From positions 4,634-68,633 of the forward strand of contig VFFB01000002.1 in NCBI GenBank assembly GCA_018882585.1: DNA of 64,000 nt, written 5' to 3'. The notes under the pieces are model-generated. The model was not told the DNA's origin, did not search any database, and saw nothing but the letters and a program-made list of their open reading frames with translations. Source of the stretch: Candidatus Kapaibacterium sp. GTDB lineage: Bacteria; Bacteroidota; Ignavibacteria; Kapaibacteriales; Kapaibacteriaceae. Position 1 is the stretch's first letter; the number at the start of each line of letters is the position of its first letter. The position numbers and the translations under genes are program-made. Below, piece after piece: positions 49,135 through 59,399 of the stretch.

Positions 49135-51288
49135 ATGGCATCATCATCCGGCAAGAGCGCATCGAACGCCAAAACGTCGGCCAAGGCAACAACCACCAAG
49201 TCGCAGCCTGCGAAGGCTGCAGCCACAGCGGAGGCTACGGCCGACGCCAACCTGTTTGACCTGGGCGGTATCGATGCGGCAACCCTGCTAGACTGGTATG
49301 CAACCATGCAGCTTGGACGTCGGCTTGACGAAAAGGCGGCCAACTACCTGAAGATGGCCAAGGGGTGGTCCTACCACGCTCCGTTCGCCGGCCACGACGG
49401 TATTCAGCTTGCCCTTGGCAAGGCGTTTCGCGCCAAGAAGGACTATCTGTTCCCGTACTACCGCGACATGCTCACGTGTCTGGCCGCCGGCTTGACCGTC
49501 GAAGAGATCATAGCCAATGGTCTGAGCAAGGACGCCGATGTTGCCGGTGGCGGACGCCACATGTCCAACCACTTTGCCAAGATCGAATTCAACATCCAGA
49601 ACGTCTCGTCGTGCACCGGCAATCACTGTCAGCAGGCCGCCGGCCTTGCCCGTGCCGTCAAGAAGTATGGCGGCGACGAAGTCGTGTATTGCTCGACGGG
49701 TGATTCGACGACGTCTGAGGGCTACTACTACGAAAGTGTCAACGGCGCCGACCGCGAGAAGCTGCCGTTGATCTTCGTGATCCAGAACAACAAGTATGGC
49801 ATCTCGGTGCCGCTGCACGAGCAGACGACCAACCTTGTTGTGTCCGACAACTTCCGCGGTTTCACCAACCTGAAGATCTGGAATGTTGACGGTCGCGACC
49901 CTGTGGCCTGCCACAGTGCCTTGCTCGAGGCTCGGGCATATGCGTTGAGCGGAGCCGGTCCGGCCATGATCCATGCCGACTGTGACCGTATCGGATCACA
50001 CTCGAACTCCGACAATCACGAGTTGTATCGCGAGAAGGAAGACATCGACGCCATGAAGCATCGCGACCCGCTGCCGCGGTTCCGCGCCTCGCTCCTGGCC
50101 GCCGGTATCGCCACCGAAGAGCAGCTGGCTGCCATTGAGCAGGCCAACAAGCAGGCCATCTTTGCGGCGGCCGACGTGATCGAGCCCTCGCCCGACCCTG
50201 CCCCTTCCTCCTACACGGATTTTGTGATCCCGGAATCCATCGTTGCCTATCACGACGAAGCGGAATCACGCTGGCAGACCGACCCAGATGCCCAGCAGAT
50301 CACCTTCCGCGAGGGTATCAACACGGCATTGATCCAGGAATTCCGTCGTAACCCCAACACCTTCCTCTTTGGCCAGGACGTTGCCTCGCACAAGAAGCAG
50401 GGCATCTTCAATGTCTGCAAAGGACTCCTTGACGAGTTCGGCAACGACCGGGTCTTCAATGCCCCTATTGCCGAAGACTACATTGTGGGCACGGCCAATG
50501 GCATGTGCCGGTATCGTGACGATATCAGGGTCGTGGTCGAGGGGGCGGAGTTTGCCGACTATTTCTGGCCGGCCATGGAGCAGCTTGTTGAATGCTCGCA
50601 CGACTACTGGCGTACGCGTGGACAGTTCTCGGCCAACATGGTGGTGCGACTGGCCAGTGGCGGCTACATTCAAGGCGGCCTGTACCACTCGCAGAACCTT
50701 GAGGGCACCTTCACGACGCTGCCGGGCATCCGCGTTGTGATGCCGGCCTTTGCCGATGATGCCGTTGGTTTGATGCGCAACGCCATGCGGTCGCGTGGTG
50801 TGACCATGTATCTCGAGCCCAAGTTCCTGTACAACTACCGTCCTACCTCGACCAGCATGCCGTCGGACGACTTCATCATTCCGTTCGGCAAGGCCCGCGT
50901 TCGGCGGCCCGGCACGGATCTCACCATCGTGAGCTGGGGAACGGCCGTACACTGGAGTCTGCAGGCAGCCCAGCGCATGGAAGCACAAGGCACCAGCGTC
51001 GAGGTCATCGACCTGCGGTCGCTGGCGCCGTGGGACAAGGACATGGTGCTTGAATCCGTCAAGCGGACGGGGCGTTGCGTTGTGGCGCACGAAGACAAGA
51101 AGACGGCCGGGTTTGGCGGCGAGGTAGCTTCGACCATCACGGAAGAAGTGTTCCGCTGGCTGGACGCCCCGGTGGTGCGGGTAGGCTCAAAAGACACACC
51201 TGTGGGCTTTGCCAAGAGTCTTGAGGGCGCCATCCTGCTTTCGGTCGACGACATCGTCCAAGCCGCAACGGCAACGGTCAACTTCTGA
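49135..51288 (+). CDS. Fused 2-oxoacid dehydrogenase E1 component, alpha (TPP-binding) plus beta (transketolase-like) subunits. Probably branched-chain keto-acid specific.
   Basis: A Lys/Ala/Thr-rich low-complexity N-terminal tail. Alpha-subunit TPP motif GDSTTSEGYYYESVNGA. Beta-subunit LFGQDVA...NAPIAEDYIVGTANGM and a C-terminal domain. 717 aa. Confidence 0.85.
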   Translation: MASSSGKSASNAKTSAKATTTKSQPAKAAATAEATADANLFDLGGIDAATLLDWYATMQLGRRLDEKAANYLKMAKGWSYHAPFAGHDGIQLALGKAFRAKKDYLFPYYRDMLTCLAAGLTVEEIIANGLSKDADVAGGGRHMSNHFAKIEFNIQNVSSCTGNHCQQAAGLARAVKKYGGDEVVYCSTGDSTTSEGYYYESVNGADREKLPLIFVIQNNKYGISVPLHEQTTNLVVSDNFRGFTNLKIWNVDGRDPVACHSALLEARAYALSGAGPAMIHADCDRIGSHSNSDNHELYREKEDIDAMKHRDPLPRFRASLLAAGIATEEQLAAIEQANKQAIFAAADVIEPSPDPAPSSYTDFVIPESIVAYHDEAESRWQTDPDAQQITFREGINTALIQEFRRNPNTFLFGQDVASHKKQGIFNVCKGLLDEFGNDRVFNAPIAEDYIVGTANGMCRYRDDIRVVVEGAEFADYFWPAMEQLVECSHDYWRTRGQFSANMVVRLASGGYIQGGLYHSQNLEGTFTTLPGIRVVMPAFADDAVGLMRNAMRSRGVTMYLEPKFLYNYRPTSTSMPSDDFIIPFGKARVRRPGTDLTIVSWGTAVHWSLQAAQRMEAQGTSVEVIDLRSLAPWDKDMVLESVKRTGRCVVAHEDKKTAGFGGEVASTITEEVFRWLDAPVVRVGSKDTPVGFAKSLEGAILLSVDDIVQAATATVNF

Positions 51289-51625
51289 TACAGGCGCTGC
51301 CCAACCGGTTCTGTTGTGCACGGTAGCAACAGGTTGCCGGAGTTGCCGGAAGTTGTCTAACGCAACCCTCGATTTCACATCGGGGCCGATCCCAAGTGTG
51401 AACCGAGCTTGACACTGTCAAGGTGGAAAGCTCAGTAACATTTTTGGAATCACGGGCTTATGCGTTTTGCTTTTATACCTTCGCACGGTATATTTGCGAT
51501 CCATGCAACGTGGGTTGTTCCGGCCGTTCCGTGCCGGGGCGCTTACGTGGCGTGGAATCATGCGGTTTCCGGCCAACGATTGATGTGGCGGAACCGCGCT
51601 GATCTACGGACCCCAAGGATAGTTC

Positions 51626-52330
51626 ATGACTACAGAGACGACACAGGAAATTGGTGGGGCAACGGTCGACACGGCGGGTGACGCTGTTGTCGAGCGCTTC
51701 CAGCAGCAGTGGAAGGTCATCGTTGGTATTGCCGTTGCGATCGTTGCGATCGTCGTGGGATACTGGTTGTACACATCCATGCAGCAGACCAAGAATGAAG
51801 AGGCTGCCGCGGCCTTGGCGCGTATTCGCCCGTCGTATGAGGCTTCCGAGTACGACGTTGCGCTTACTGGCAAGGGTCTTCCGGCCATTGATGGCCAGGA
51901 CGTCCTGGGGCTTCAGGGCATCGTTGACGAATATGGTGCGACGGACGCCGGCAAGGTTGCTGCAATGATGGCCGGATCGGCCTATCTGCAGTTGGGCAAG
52001 TCGGCCGAGGCTCGTTCGATGTTCGAAGCGGCGCAGGGATCTTCCTCGCCAGTTGTCATTATGGGGGCATTGAACGGACTTGGTGCTTGTGCCGAGAATG
52101 ACCGTGACTTTGCCGGTGCAGCCGAACTCTACGAGAAGGCAGCTGCGGCCGGAGCGAAGACGGGTCTGGAAGCACGCTCCCACGTCTACGCCGGCCTGGC
52201 CCACGAGAAGGCCGGAAACATTGAAAAGGCAACGGAGGCATATCGCTTGGTGGTGAAGAAATTCTCTTCCAGCGACATGTCACAACCCGCAAGAGCCGGT
52301 CTTGCAAGACTTGGCATGAGAATTGATTAG
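51626..52330 (+). CDS. Membrane-anchored TPR-like protein (YfgM-like).
   Basis: Single N-terminal TM helix (WKVIVGIAVAIVAIVVGYWLY) after a short cytoplasmic segment, then an Ala-rich helical TPR-like periplasmic domain. Confidence 0.55.
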   Translation: MTTETTQEIGGATVDTAGDAVVERFQQQWKVIVGIAVAIVAIVVGYWLYTSMQQTKNEEAAAALARIRPSYEASEYDVALTGKGLPAIDGQDVLGLQGIVDEYGATDAGKVAAMMAGSAYLQLGKSAEARSMFEAAQGSSSPVVIMGALNGLGACAENDRDFAGAAELYEKAAAAGAKTGLEARSHVYAGLAHEKAGNIEKATEAYRLVVKKFSSSDMSQPARAGLARLGMRID

Positions 52331-52427
52331 AATCCCTGAGAGCTACGAGCGCCCTTGTGGCGTCGTTGCCGTTTCAACAAGCAACTCGACTGAAAACAAA
52401 GCTTTAGTTTTTTCAACTGGAGGTAGT

Positions 52428-55400
52428 ATGCAACGTTGGTTTCGTTTAAGCAGCTTGCTGCTTGCGCTTACTGCCGCCTTCACATCCATCCAAGCACAGG
52501 ATTATGTGGAGGTGCGTGGTAGTCTCCCTCCGGGTCAGGTTCGCGTATTCGTACGTGACACTGTCTACCGGATCAGCGGAACGTTCACCATCGGTGGAAC
52601 CTTGGTCATTGAGCCCGGCACGCGCGTGGAGTTTCTCCCGAACGGCCGTCTCATCGATTCAACGGGTGGCCGAATCATCGCAGACGGACGCGCTTCGGCG
52701 ACGTACAATGCGAATGCGGTGAATGCTCTGTTCCCACCTTACACGGGTTATGACGACACGGATTACTTCGGTGCTCCGGGTGTTGTGACCTCGAATATTT
52801 CGACGGAACCCACGATTCACCAGACCAAGGAGTCGTTGATCTTCTCGATCAACCTTGGTACGGATCCGAATCTGCAGAACCTGACGCCGGCCAAGGCCGT
52901 GATGTACAAGGCTGCACGGTTGGAGCGCGGTTTCAACGATCCCGCTATCCGACTGAACCCGTGGTTCCGCGGAAAGGTGAACAGTCCGATTGATGTGACG
53001 CCTGCGCGCATCACCTTTACGGCATCGGGAGTCAACAGCTTCTCGCGTGAGTGGGGACACATCATTGTGTTGCCTGGTGCGCGTGCAGCGTTCTTCCGTG
53101 ACGTTGACTTCCTGAACTTCCGCAAGGACACGACGGTAGACAACGAGCCGATCTATCTTAAGAATCAGAACGGCACGGCACTGACGCGTGCACAGCAGGA
53201 GCTTGTCAACGACAATCTTCTCCGTGCAACGAACGGTGGTGGTGGTGCTATCACGACATTCTCGTCGCGTACGTGGATCGTCGGCTGTTTGTTCCGCAAC
53301 AACATGGCTCGCTATCGCGGTGGCGCTCTGCAGGTTCTGCAGGCCCCTGTCGATCAGTATGCTGGTTCGGGCTTCCAGGTATATCCGACGGTTTCACCGG
53401 CAACAGTGTCGGGTCTTGGCGTATATGACAAGACGGTGAACCCTTGGGTAACCGACCGTCTGACCGCCGAGCCGATCCAACAGAACATCGTCGCTATTGA
53501 CAACGTGAACCTTGCCTCGGCAGAAGGTCTCACGGACGATCAGCGTCAATCACTTGACGACGGTCGCGTTGCTATGTACCTCGGCCGTATTCGTCAGTCG
53601 CGCTTCGTGAACAACCGCGTTGTGCTGGCAGACGTTGACACGGTTCGCATCGGTGCCCTTCTCTTTGTAACGGACGTCGACAATCGTGCAGCTACAACGT
53701 TTGGTACGATCACGCGTTCGCAGAAGAACGACGCACACGGTGGCGCCGTCTATATCGCTGGTCGTTCAAGCATGGTCGTTGGTCTTGGTATCAACGATTT
53801 CCAAGGCAAGGACACCATCGAGTTTACCGGCAACACGGCTACGAACCGTCAGGGTACGGGCCTTGTGAATGGTCTTCGCACAAATGGTGCACGCGGTGGT
53901 GCTCTCTACCTCGGTGGCGACAGCACGCACCTGATCGTGGCAGGCCGCTACCAGAGCAACTCAACGTCTGCTCCGTTCATCACGACGGTCTCGTCGACGC
54001 TTCCCGATGTTTCGCTCTACACGTACTCGCAGGGTGGCGCTATCTACACGAACACCACTGCAGGTCAACTGCAGATTCGTGGCGGTCTCGACGTCAACCC
54101 GGCTACGCACTTCATCGCCAACGAGGCTGCTCGCGGTGGTGCTGTCTTCGTGAGCGCATCTACGGATACGCTGCCTTCGCCGGTTATCGGTGGTGGCGAC
54201 GGTATCATCAACTCGCGCAACTATGGTTTCAACATCAAGTTCCGCGACAACAAGGCTGCCGTTGACGGTGGTGCCGTGTTCACAGCTCGCAACATGCACG
54301 TTTATGGTGCAGGCGGCGTAAGCGGCCCGCTGGCAGTGTACGGTTCGAACTACAGCGTTGAATTCTCGAACAACACGGCCGGCTGGTCGGGTGGAGCTGT
54401 CAGCGTCATGCTGAACCAGAACCTGCCGATCTGGCGTCGTGCTCTGCGCTATATCCGCGCTTCGTTTGTAAACAACTCCGTCGGTCAAGTTCCGACAGCG
54501 CTTGTGGCAGACGTCCGTGGTGGTGGTGCTCTGTACACGATCAATGCTGACCTGAACGTTGTTAAGGGTTCGGAATTCCGCGCTAACCGTGCATGGAACG
54601 GTAACGGTGGTGCTATCGCCGTCGTAACGCCCGACACGCTGACGCGTACGCGCTTCATGGTTTCTGACCTTGACGAAATGCTGTACGATGCTCGTGGTGT
54701 TGCCACGGGTTATGTCCGCAATGATGCCGTCTTCACATTCCAGACAGCTGCTCCTCTTGCAGATGAGCGGATGCTGACGCGCTTCTACGACAACATTGCT
54801 GTCGAAAACCCGCTTCGCATGGGTAATGGTACGACACAGCGTAACAACGCTGGTAACCTGTCGCACCCGGGAGCTAACATCCGTGAAAACGGTACGGGTC
54901 TCGGTGGCGCCATCTACATTCTCGACTCGATCCGTGTTCGTGTAGACACCTTTGCCTTTGACCGCGTTCGCTTCCAAAGCAACACGGCCTATACGGGTGC
55001 AGCAATCTACTCGGACAACTACGATCTCAAGCTGGCCTTCACGCGTTCGCTCGTGACAGGCAACAAGGCTACATCGGGTCTTGGTCGTCGTGACGACGAA
55101 GTTGCCGGTCCGCTGGTCAACAATACGAATGTGGCTTCGAGTGACCTTGCCGGAGCAGTGCTCTATGGTGAAGTCGTTGGACCTCTTCCGTGGACGTCGT
55201 ACAGCGCCGCTGCTAACTCGATCTATGACAACGATGCCCGTTTCACCATCCGTCTGCCTGACGCACAAGACACCAAGGGTGTGCTTGCCGGCACAACGGG
55301 TGTAGGTTTCGGCGGTGTTGACACACTCCGTGGCAACTACTGGGGTCGTACCGAAGCAAATGTTTCGACGATCCTCCCGCTGACTGCAAACAACACGTTC

Positions 55401-58400
55401 CAGCGTATCCAGGAAACGTTCTTCATCGCTGGTAACGGTAAGACGCACATGCGCTTCCTGCGCAACTGGTCGAGCAAGACCGAGCAGGGTCCGTTTGAGT
55501 CGACGTGGCAGTATTCGTACGAGCCCATCGACATCTACACGATTCCCGATACGCTCTTGATGGCTGGTCGTGTGTATGACATCTTCGACAAGGGCACGGA
55601 CATTAAGACTGCCGATTACTCGCGTCGCCGCATGGCTCCGATCGAGGACTTCGCAGTTGGTATTCCTCCCCGCATCAAGCTGTATAACAATCCGCTTGCG
55701 CCGTCGTACAACAAGTACATCAAGCGCATGACGCGTAATCCGTTCGACGCTGATGTCGACACCAAGATCGCTCAAGTTCAAACCGAATTTGTTGGCGACC
55801 ATCCGATTGGATATCCGGTGTTCCTCGAAGCTCGTGTTGATTACAGCCAAACGGCAGAAGTAAGCAACAACGATGCTCGCTCGATCAACGAATCGGTGTT
55901 CTTTGCTGTCAACGAGCGCACAGGCGACTATATCCGTCTGAACCTTCGTCAGCGTTCGAACACGGATACGATCTTCCGTGCACGTCTTGAACTCGTTCCG
56001 GACTCTGTGAACGCAGGCGACCCGAACATCCGTCGCTCGTACGAAGGTCTTGCCTCGTACGGTACGGGTGCTACCCTCCTGTCGCGTCTTGCTGCAAACG
56101 CTGACGCTGAAGATTCATCGGCTCTTGCCGGTCGTCGTTGGGAAGGTTCGACCTTCCTTGGCGAACTTGGTGGACCGAACTTCCGTCTTGGTAACCGTCC
56201 GGCCCTGCCTGCAAACAACGCTGGTAAGGAAACCTACTATGGTGGTGAGCGCTACCGCGCACTGCCGGTTGTCGAAGGCGACGTCGTGACGATCGTGTCG
56301 CGTACGGTTCTGTGGAAGGAAGGCGTGATTCCTGCTCTTGCAGGCGCTCTTCAGTTCACGGTTGGTACAACGACCGAGCCTCCGGTGTTCACCGGTTCGG
56401 CCGATACGCTTGGCACTTCGCCGAATCTGATTCCTGAAATGCGCAATCGTGTGTTCGTGACGGAAAATCGTCTCTACACACCGATCACGCGTGCTCAGTC
56501 GCCGACGAAGTCGAACGGTGCTCCGTGGTTCAACGAGCCGCCTAGCTACCCGGCCGATGCAGATAACGTGGCTGACCTTGCCCGTAACGCTCAAGAGCGT
56601 GACTCGATCTTCACGATCACGGCAACAGACGTCAATCGCTTCTACGATCCTCGCGTCGTACTTGATCCCAATGCCAACGCTCAGCTGGCATACATGTGGA
56701 ACATTATCGACCCGAACTCCGCTCTGAAGTACTGGCTGCGTGATACGCTTATCACGGCTGCATCGAACAACAACCCGCGTTGGGGTGCTGTTGGCTACCG
56801 CATGCTGCGTGGCCGTCCGATCAACCCGTACGTGGTACCGGGTGGCGAAGAAGTTGAAGTGATTGCAAAGAACTTCCCGCCGAGCATCGAACTTGTTGAC
56901 TCGCTGCGTTCCAGCGGCGTTGACGAGGCTACGATCAGCAAGTGGATCTACCTCTACCCGTCGTATTTCCATGCTGAAGAGTATGACAACAATGCTCTTG
57001 CAATCGGCGATCGCAACATCAACAACACGAACGCTCGCTTCCTGCAACAGGATACAGTCGATATCGGCTGGAACGACGAAACGAAGTATCGTTTCCGCAT
57101 CTACGTGGTCGACTCGATGCCCCGCTTCGTATGGGCACACCGTCCGCGCACAGGCAACAATGCCTATGCACAGATGCTTGGCGGTGACACGTCCTTCGTT
57201 CTTGATCCGGTTGCTACCGATCCGAACACGTACAACAACGGTGAATACCTTGACGTGCTCAAGCTTGCTTCCACGGCATCGCGTGTAGGACGTCGTCTTG
57301 TCGCACCGAACGCCATCACGGACGAAACGTACAACGACCCGGCTGGCGATCAAGCTGACACGATCAACATTCAGTTTGTTGCCAACCTTACAGACCAGCT
57401 CCGCTTCAAGCTTGACGTCAACACTGACGACGAAGGCGAAGACGCTGCAGCAATCGATCCTGCTCGCTACATCGTACAGAAGTACGGTCCGTGGGACTTC
57501 CGCTATGGTAAGACGGCGTACGGCTTCCAGTCGACCGCCGTTCGCGAGACACCTGGCGACACAACGATCGATGAAGTTGTAATGTCGCGTCCGATCTGGA
57601 TGTCGAATCGTTACATGCGTCGCTTTGCAGATGCAAACTCCGCAGACCCGTTTGCAGAGGATTTTGCAACGCGCGGTCAACTCAACATCCGCATTCCTGC
57701 TGCTGAAGCTCGTCAGATCCTGACCCCGCAAGGACAGTATCACGGCGACCTCAACACGGATACGCTCGTAACGATCGTTGTCAATGATGGACATGGTGGT
57801 GTCAACTACATCACGCGTCGTCTGTTCGTCAACGTTCAGCCTGAAATTCTTGATCCGATCGGTGGTTCGCTGCCCGAGGCAATCGAAGACACGGACTACA
57901 ACACGCTGCTTGACAGCGCCCGTATGATCCGGGTGTATGATCCTAACTTCGGTCAGGCTCGTGACTTCGAACTCATCTATGCCGGTGATCCTCGTGACAG
58001 TGTCGAAATCGACCCGTACTTCCCCGAAGCCGGCTCGATCAACCTGGCCGACGTCAAGACGACGCCGAACTGGCTGAAGATCAATCGTGAAAGCGGTCTG
58101 CTCTACGGTACACCTCGTGTAACGGACCTGCCGTATGCCGACACGGTTGTTCAAGTAACGGTACTGGTTACGGACCGTGGCAATCTGAAGGCTCTCAAGA
58201 CCTTCCCGCTCACGATTCGTGCCGTCAACCACGATCCGGATCTGCTCGCTTCGCCGGTCATTCGCTGCGTCGAATTGAACAAGGCATATGAAGACGAGAT
58301 CACAGTTACGGATATCGACCTTGCTCGTACGCAAGCCGGTAACGAAGAGCTGACATTTGAAGTCGTCGAACCTGCAGGTTCGTGGACCTTCGAGCCGGCT

Positions 58401-59399
58401 CGTATCGCCAGCCCGGTTGCTGACACGCAAAAGATCAAGATCAGCACGACCAACCTGTCCGGTACACCGGATGATCGTGGCCGACTGAAGATTGTTGTGC
58501 GCGTTACGGACAAGCAAGGCGCTACAGACGACCTGATCTACTACGTATCGGTTTCGGCTGAAACGCGCTTCACGAATGTCATTCGCGTCACAAACACGAA
58601 TGGCGCCTTCCAAGACCTTACATGGGGTGTTGGCGGTACCGAAGTTGCAACACGTGGTGATGAACAAGGATCGTACGGTAAGCTCGACTCGAACTACTGC
58701 GAGTATGAGATCCCGCCGGTTGCCTATGTGGACGTCTTTGACGCACGCTGGACGATTCCGAACCGTACCGGTACGCTGCGGAACATCTATCCGTTCAGCA
58801 ACGACCCGGGTGAAGCCATCTATCGTTCACGCTTCCAGGCTGGTGGTGAAATCGGTCAAGCATCGAACTACTACCCCGTGAAGATCTCGTGGTGCCGTGC
58901 CACAATCCCCGCAAAGGATGCAACAAACCCTGGCACGTACTACATCCGCGATGACTTCTCGAGCACAGGTTCGCTGTTCAGCTACAACATGAAGACAGGT
59001 GCTGGTACATCGGTTTCCGACATCTACCACACGACGGACGGATCATGTGACACGCTCACGATCGTTCGTACAACGGTAGAAGGTTTTGTGATCGTGTATG
59101 ACTTCACGACAAGTGTTGACGAAGAATCGGACATGACGGTCCTTGGCATCAACAATGCCACGCCGAATCCGCTCCGCGACAACACGGTGATCACGTACAC
59201 CACGCCTGACAACAGCAACGTTAAGGTCGAGATCTTCGACGCACTTGGTTCGAAGATTGCGACGCTCGCCGACGGCTTCCATGCAGCCGGCAAGCATACG
59301 ATCGACTGGAATGCATCTATGGTCTCGAACGGTGTGTACACCATCCGTATCTCGAACGGTTCGGTGAGCGCAACGCAACAGATCGTGGTGGTCCGCTAA
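52428..59399 (+). CDS. Giant (2323 aa) secreted Pmp-repeat protein: beta-helix-type 'FxxN...GGA[IVL]' repeats, an Ig/cadherin-like domain and a T9SS C-terminal sorting domain.
   Basis: RBS GGAGGT, then ATG at 52428 (MQRWFRLSSLLLALTAAFTSIQAQ). At least 12 GGAI/GGAV/GGAL motifs are paired with FRNN, FVNN, FTGN, FRDN, FSNN, FRAN and FQSN. 'NWLKINRESGLLYGTP' is a putative Ig domain. C-terminus 'ATPNPLRDNTVITYT...GVYTIRISNGSVSATQQIVVVR'. Confidence 0.85.
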   Translation: MQRWFRLSSLLLALTAAFTSIQAQDYVEVRGSLPPGQVRVFVRDTVYRISGTFTIGGTLVIEPGTRVEFLPNGRLIDSTGGRIIADGRASATYNANAVNALFPPYTGYDDTDYFGAPGVVTSNISTEPTIHQTKESLIFSINLGTDPNLQNLTPAKAVMYKAARLERGFNDPAIRLNPWFRGKVNSPIDVTPARITFTASGVNSFSREWGHIIVLPGARAAFFRDVDFLNFRKDTTVDNEPIYLKNQNGTALTRAQQELVNDNLLRATNGGGGAITTFSSRTWIVGCLFRNNMARYRGGALQVLQAPVDQYAGSGFQVYPTVSPATVSGLGVYDKTVNPWVTDRLTAEPIQQNIVAIDNVNLASAEGLTDDQRQSLDDGRVAMYLGRIRQSRFVNNRVVLADVDTVRIGALLFVTDVDNRAATTFGTITRSQKNDAHGGAVYIAGRSSMVVGLGINDFQGKDTIEFTGNTATNRQGTGLVNGLRTNGARGGALYLGGDSTHLIVAGRYQSNSTSAPFITTVSSTLPDVSLYTYSQGGAIYTNTTAGQLQIRGGLDVNPATHFIANEAARGGAVFVSASTDTLPSPVIGGGDGIINSRNYGFNIKFRDNKAAVDGGAVFTARNMHVYGAGGVSGPLAVYGSNYSVEFSNNTAGWSGGAVSVMLNQNLPIWRRALRYIRASFVNNSVGQVPTALVADVRGGGALYTINADLNVVKGSEFRANRAWNGNGGAIAVVTPDTLTRTRFMVSDLDEMLYDARGVATGYVRNDAVFTFQTAAPLADERMLTRFYDNIAVENPLRMGNGTTQRNNAGNLSHPGANIRENGTGLGGAIYILDSIRVRVDTFAFDRVRFQSNTAYTGAAIYSDNYDLKLAFTRSLVTGNKATSGLGRRDDEVAGPLVNNTNVASSDLAGAVLYGEVVGPLPWTSYSAAANSIYDNDARFTIRLPDAQDTKGVLAGTTGVGFGGVDTLRGNYWGRTEANVSTILPLTANNTFQRIQETFFIAGNGKTHMRFLRNWSSKTEQGPFESTWQYSYEPIDIYTIPDTLLMAGRVYDIFDKGTDIKTADYSRRRMAPIEDFAVGIPPRIKLYNNPLAPSYNKYIKRMTRNPFDADVDTKIAQVQTEFVGDHPIGYPVFLEARVDYSQTAEVSNNDARSINESVFFAVNERTGDYIRLNLRQRSNTDTIFRARLELVPDSVNAGDPNIRRSYEGLASYGTGATLLSRLAANADAEDSSALAGRRWEGSTFLGELGGPNFRLGNRPALPANNAGKETYYGGERYRALPVVEGDVVTIVSRTVLWKEGVIPALAGALQFTVGTTTEPPVFTGSADTLGTSPNLIPEMRNRVFVTENRLYTPITRAQSPTKSNGAPWFNEPPSYPADADNVADLARNAQERDSIFTITATDVNRFYDPRVVLDPNANAQLAYMWNIIDPNSALKYWLRDTLITAASNNNPRWGAVGYRMLRGRPINPYVVPGGEEVEVIAKNFPPSIELVDSLRSSGVDEATISKWIYLYPSYFHAEEYDNNALAIGDRNINNTNARFLQQDTVDIGWNDETKYRFRIYVVDSMPRFVWAHRPRTGNNAYAQMLGGDTSFVLDPVATDPNTYNNGEYLDVLKLASTASRVGRRLVAPNAITDETYNDPAGDQADTINIQFVANLTDQLRFKLDVNTDDEGEDAAAIDPARYIVQKYGPWDFRYGKTAYGFQSTAVRETPGDTTIDEVVMSRPIWMSNRYMRRFADANSADPFAEDFATRGQLNIRIPAAEARQILTPQGQYHGDLNTDTLVTIVVNDGHGGVNYITRRLFVNVQPEILDPIGGSLPEAIEDTDYNTLLDSARMIRVYDPNFGQARDFELIYAGDPRDSVEIDPYFPEAGSINLADVKTTPNWLKINRESGLLYGTPRVTDLPYADTVVQVTVLVTDRGNLKALKTFPLTIRAVNHDPDLLASPVIRCVELNKAYEDEITVTDIDLARTQAGNEELTFEVVEPAGSWTFEPARIASPVADTQKIKISTTNLSGTPDDRGRLKIVVRVTDKQGATDDLIYYVSVSAETRFTNVIRVTNTNGAFQDLTWGVGGTEVATRGDEQGSYGKLDSNYCEYEIPPVAYVDVFDARWTIPNRTGTLRNIYPFSNDPGEAIYRSRFQAGGEIGQASNYYPVKISWCRATIPAKDATNPGTYYIRDDFSSTGSLFSYNMKTGAGTSVSDIYHTTDGSCDTLTIVRTTVEGFVIVYDFTTSVDEESDMTVLGINNATPNPLRDNTVITYTTPDNSNVKVEIFDALGSKIATLADGFHAAGKHTIDWNASMVSNGVYTIRISNGSVSATQQIVVVR

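Noticed and set aside
53961-55850. 629-aa minus-strand ORF inside the giant Pmp gene.
   Set aside because: It is entirely antisense to a gene with strong repeat, signal-peptide and CTD evidence. Its Arg/Val/Thr-rich composition is typical of GC-rich antisense frames.
56115-58667. 850-aa minus-strand ORF inside the giant Pmp gene.
   Set aside because: Same reasoning: an antisense artefact with no recognisable motifs and Arg-rich low-complexity sequence.
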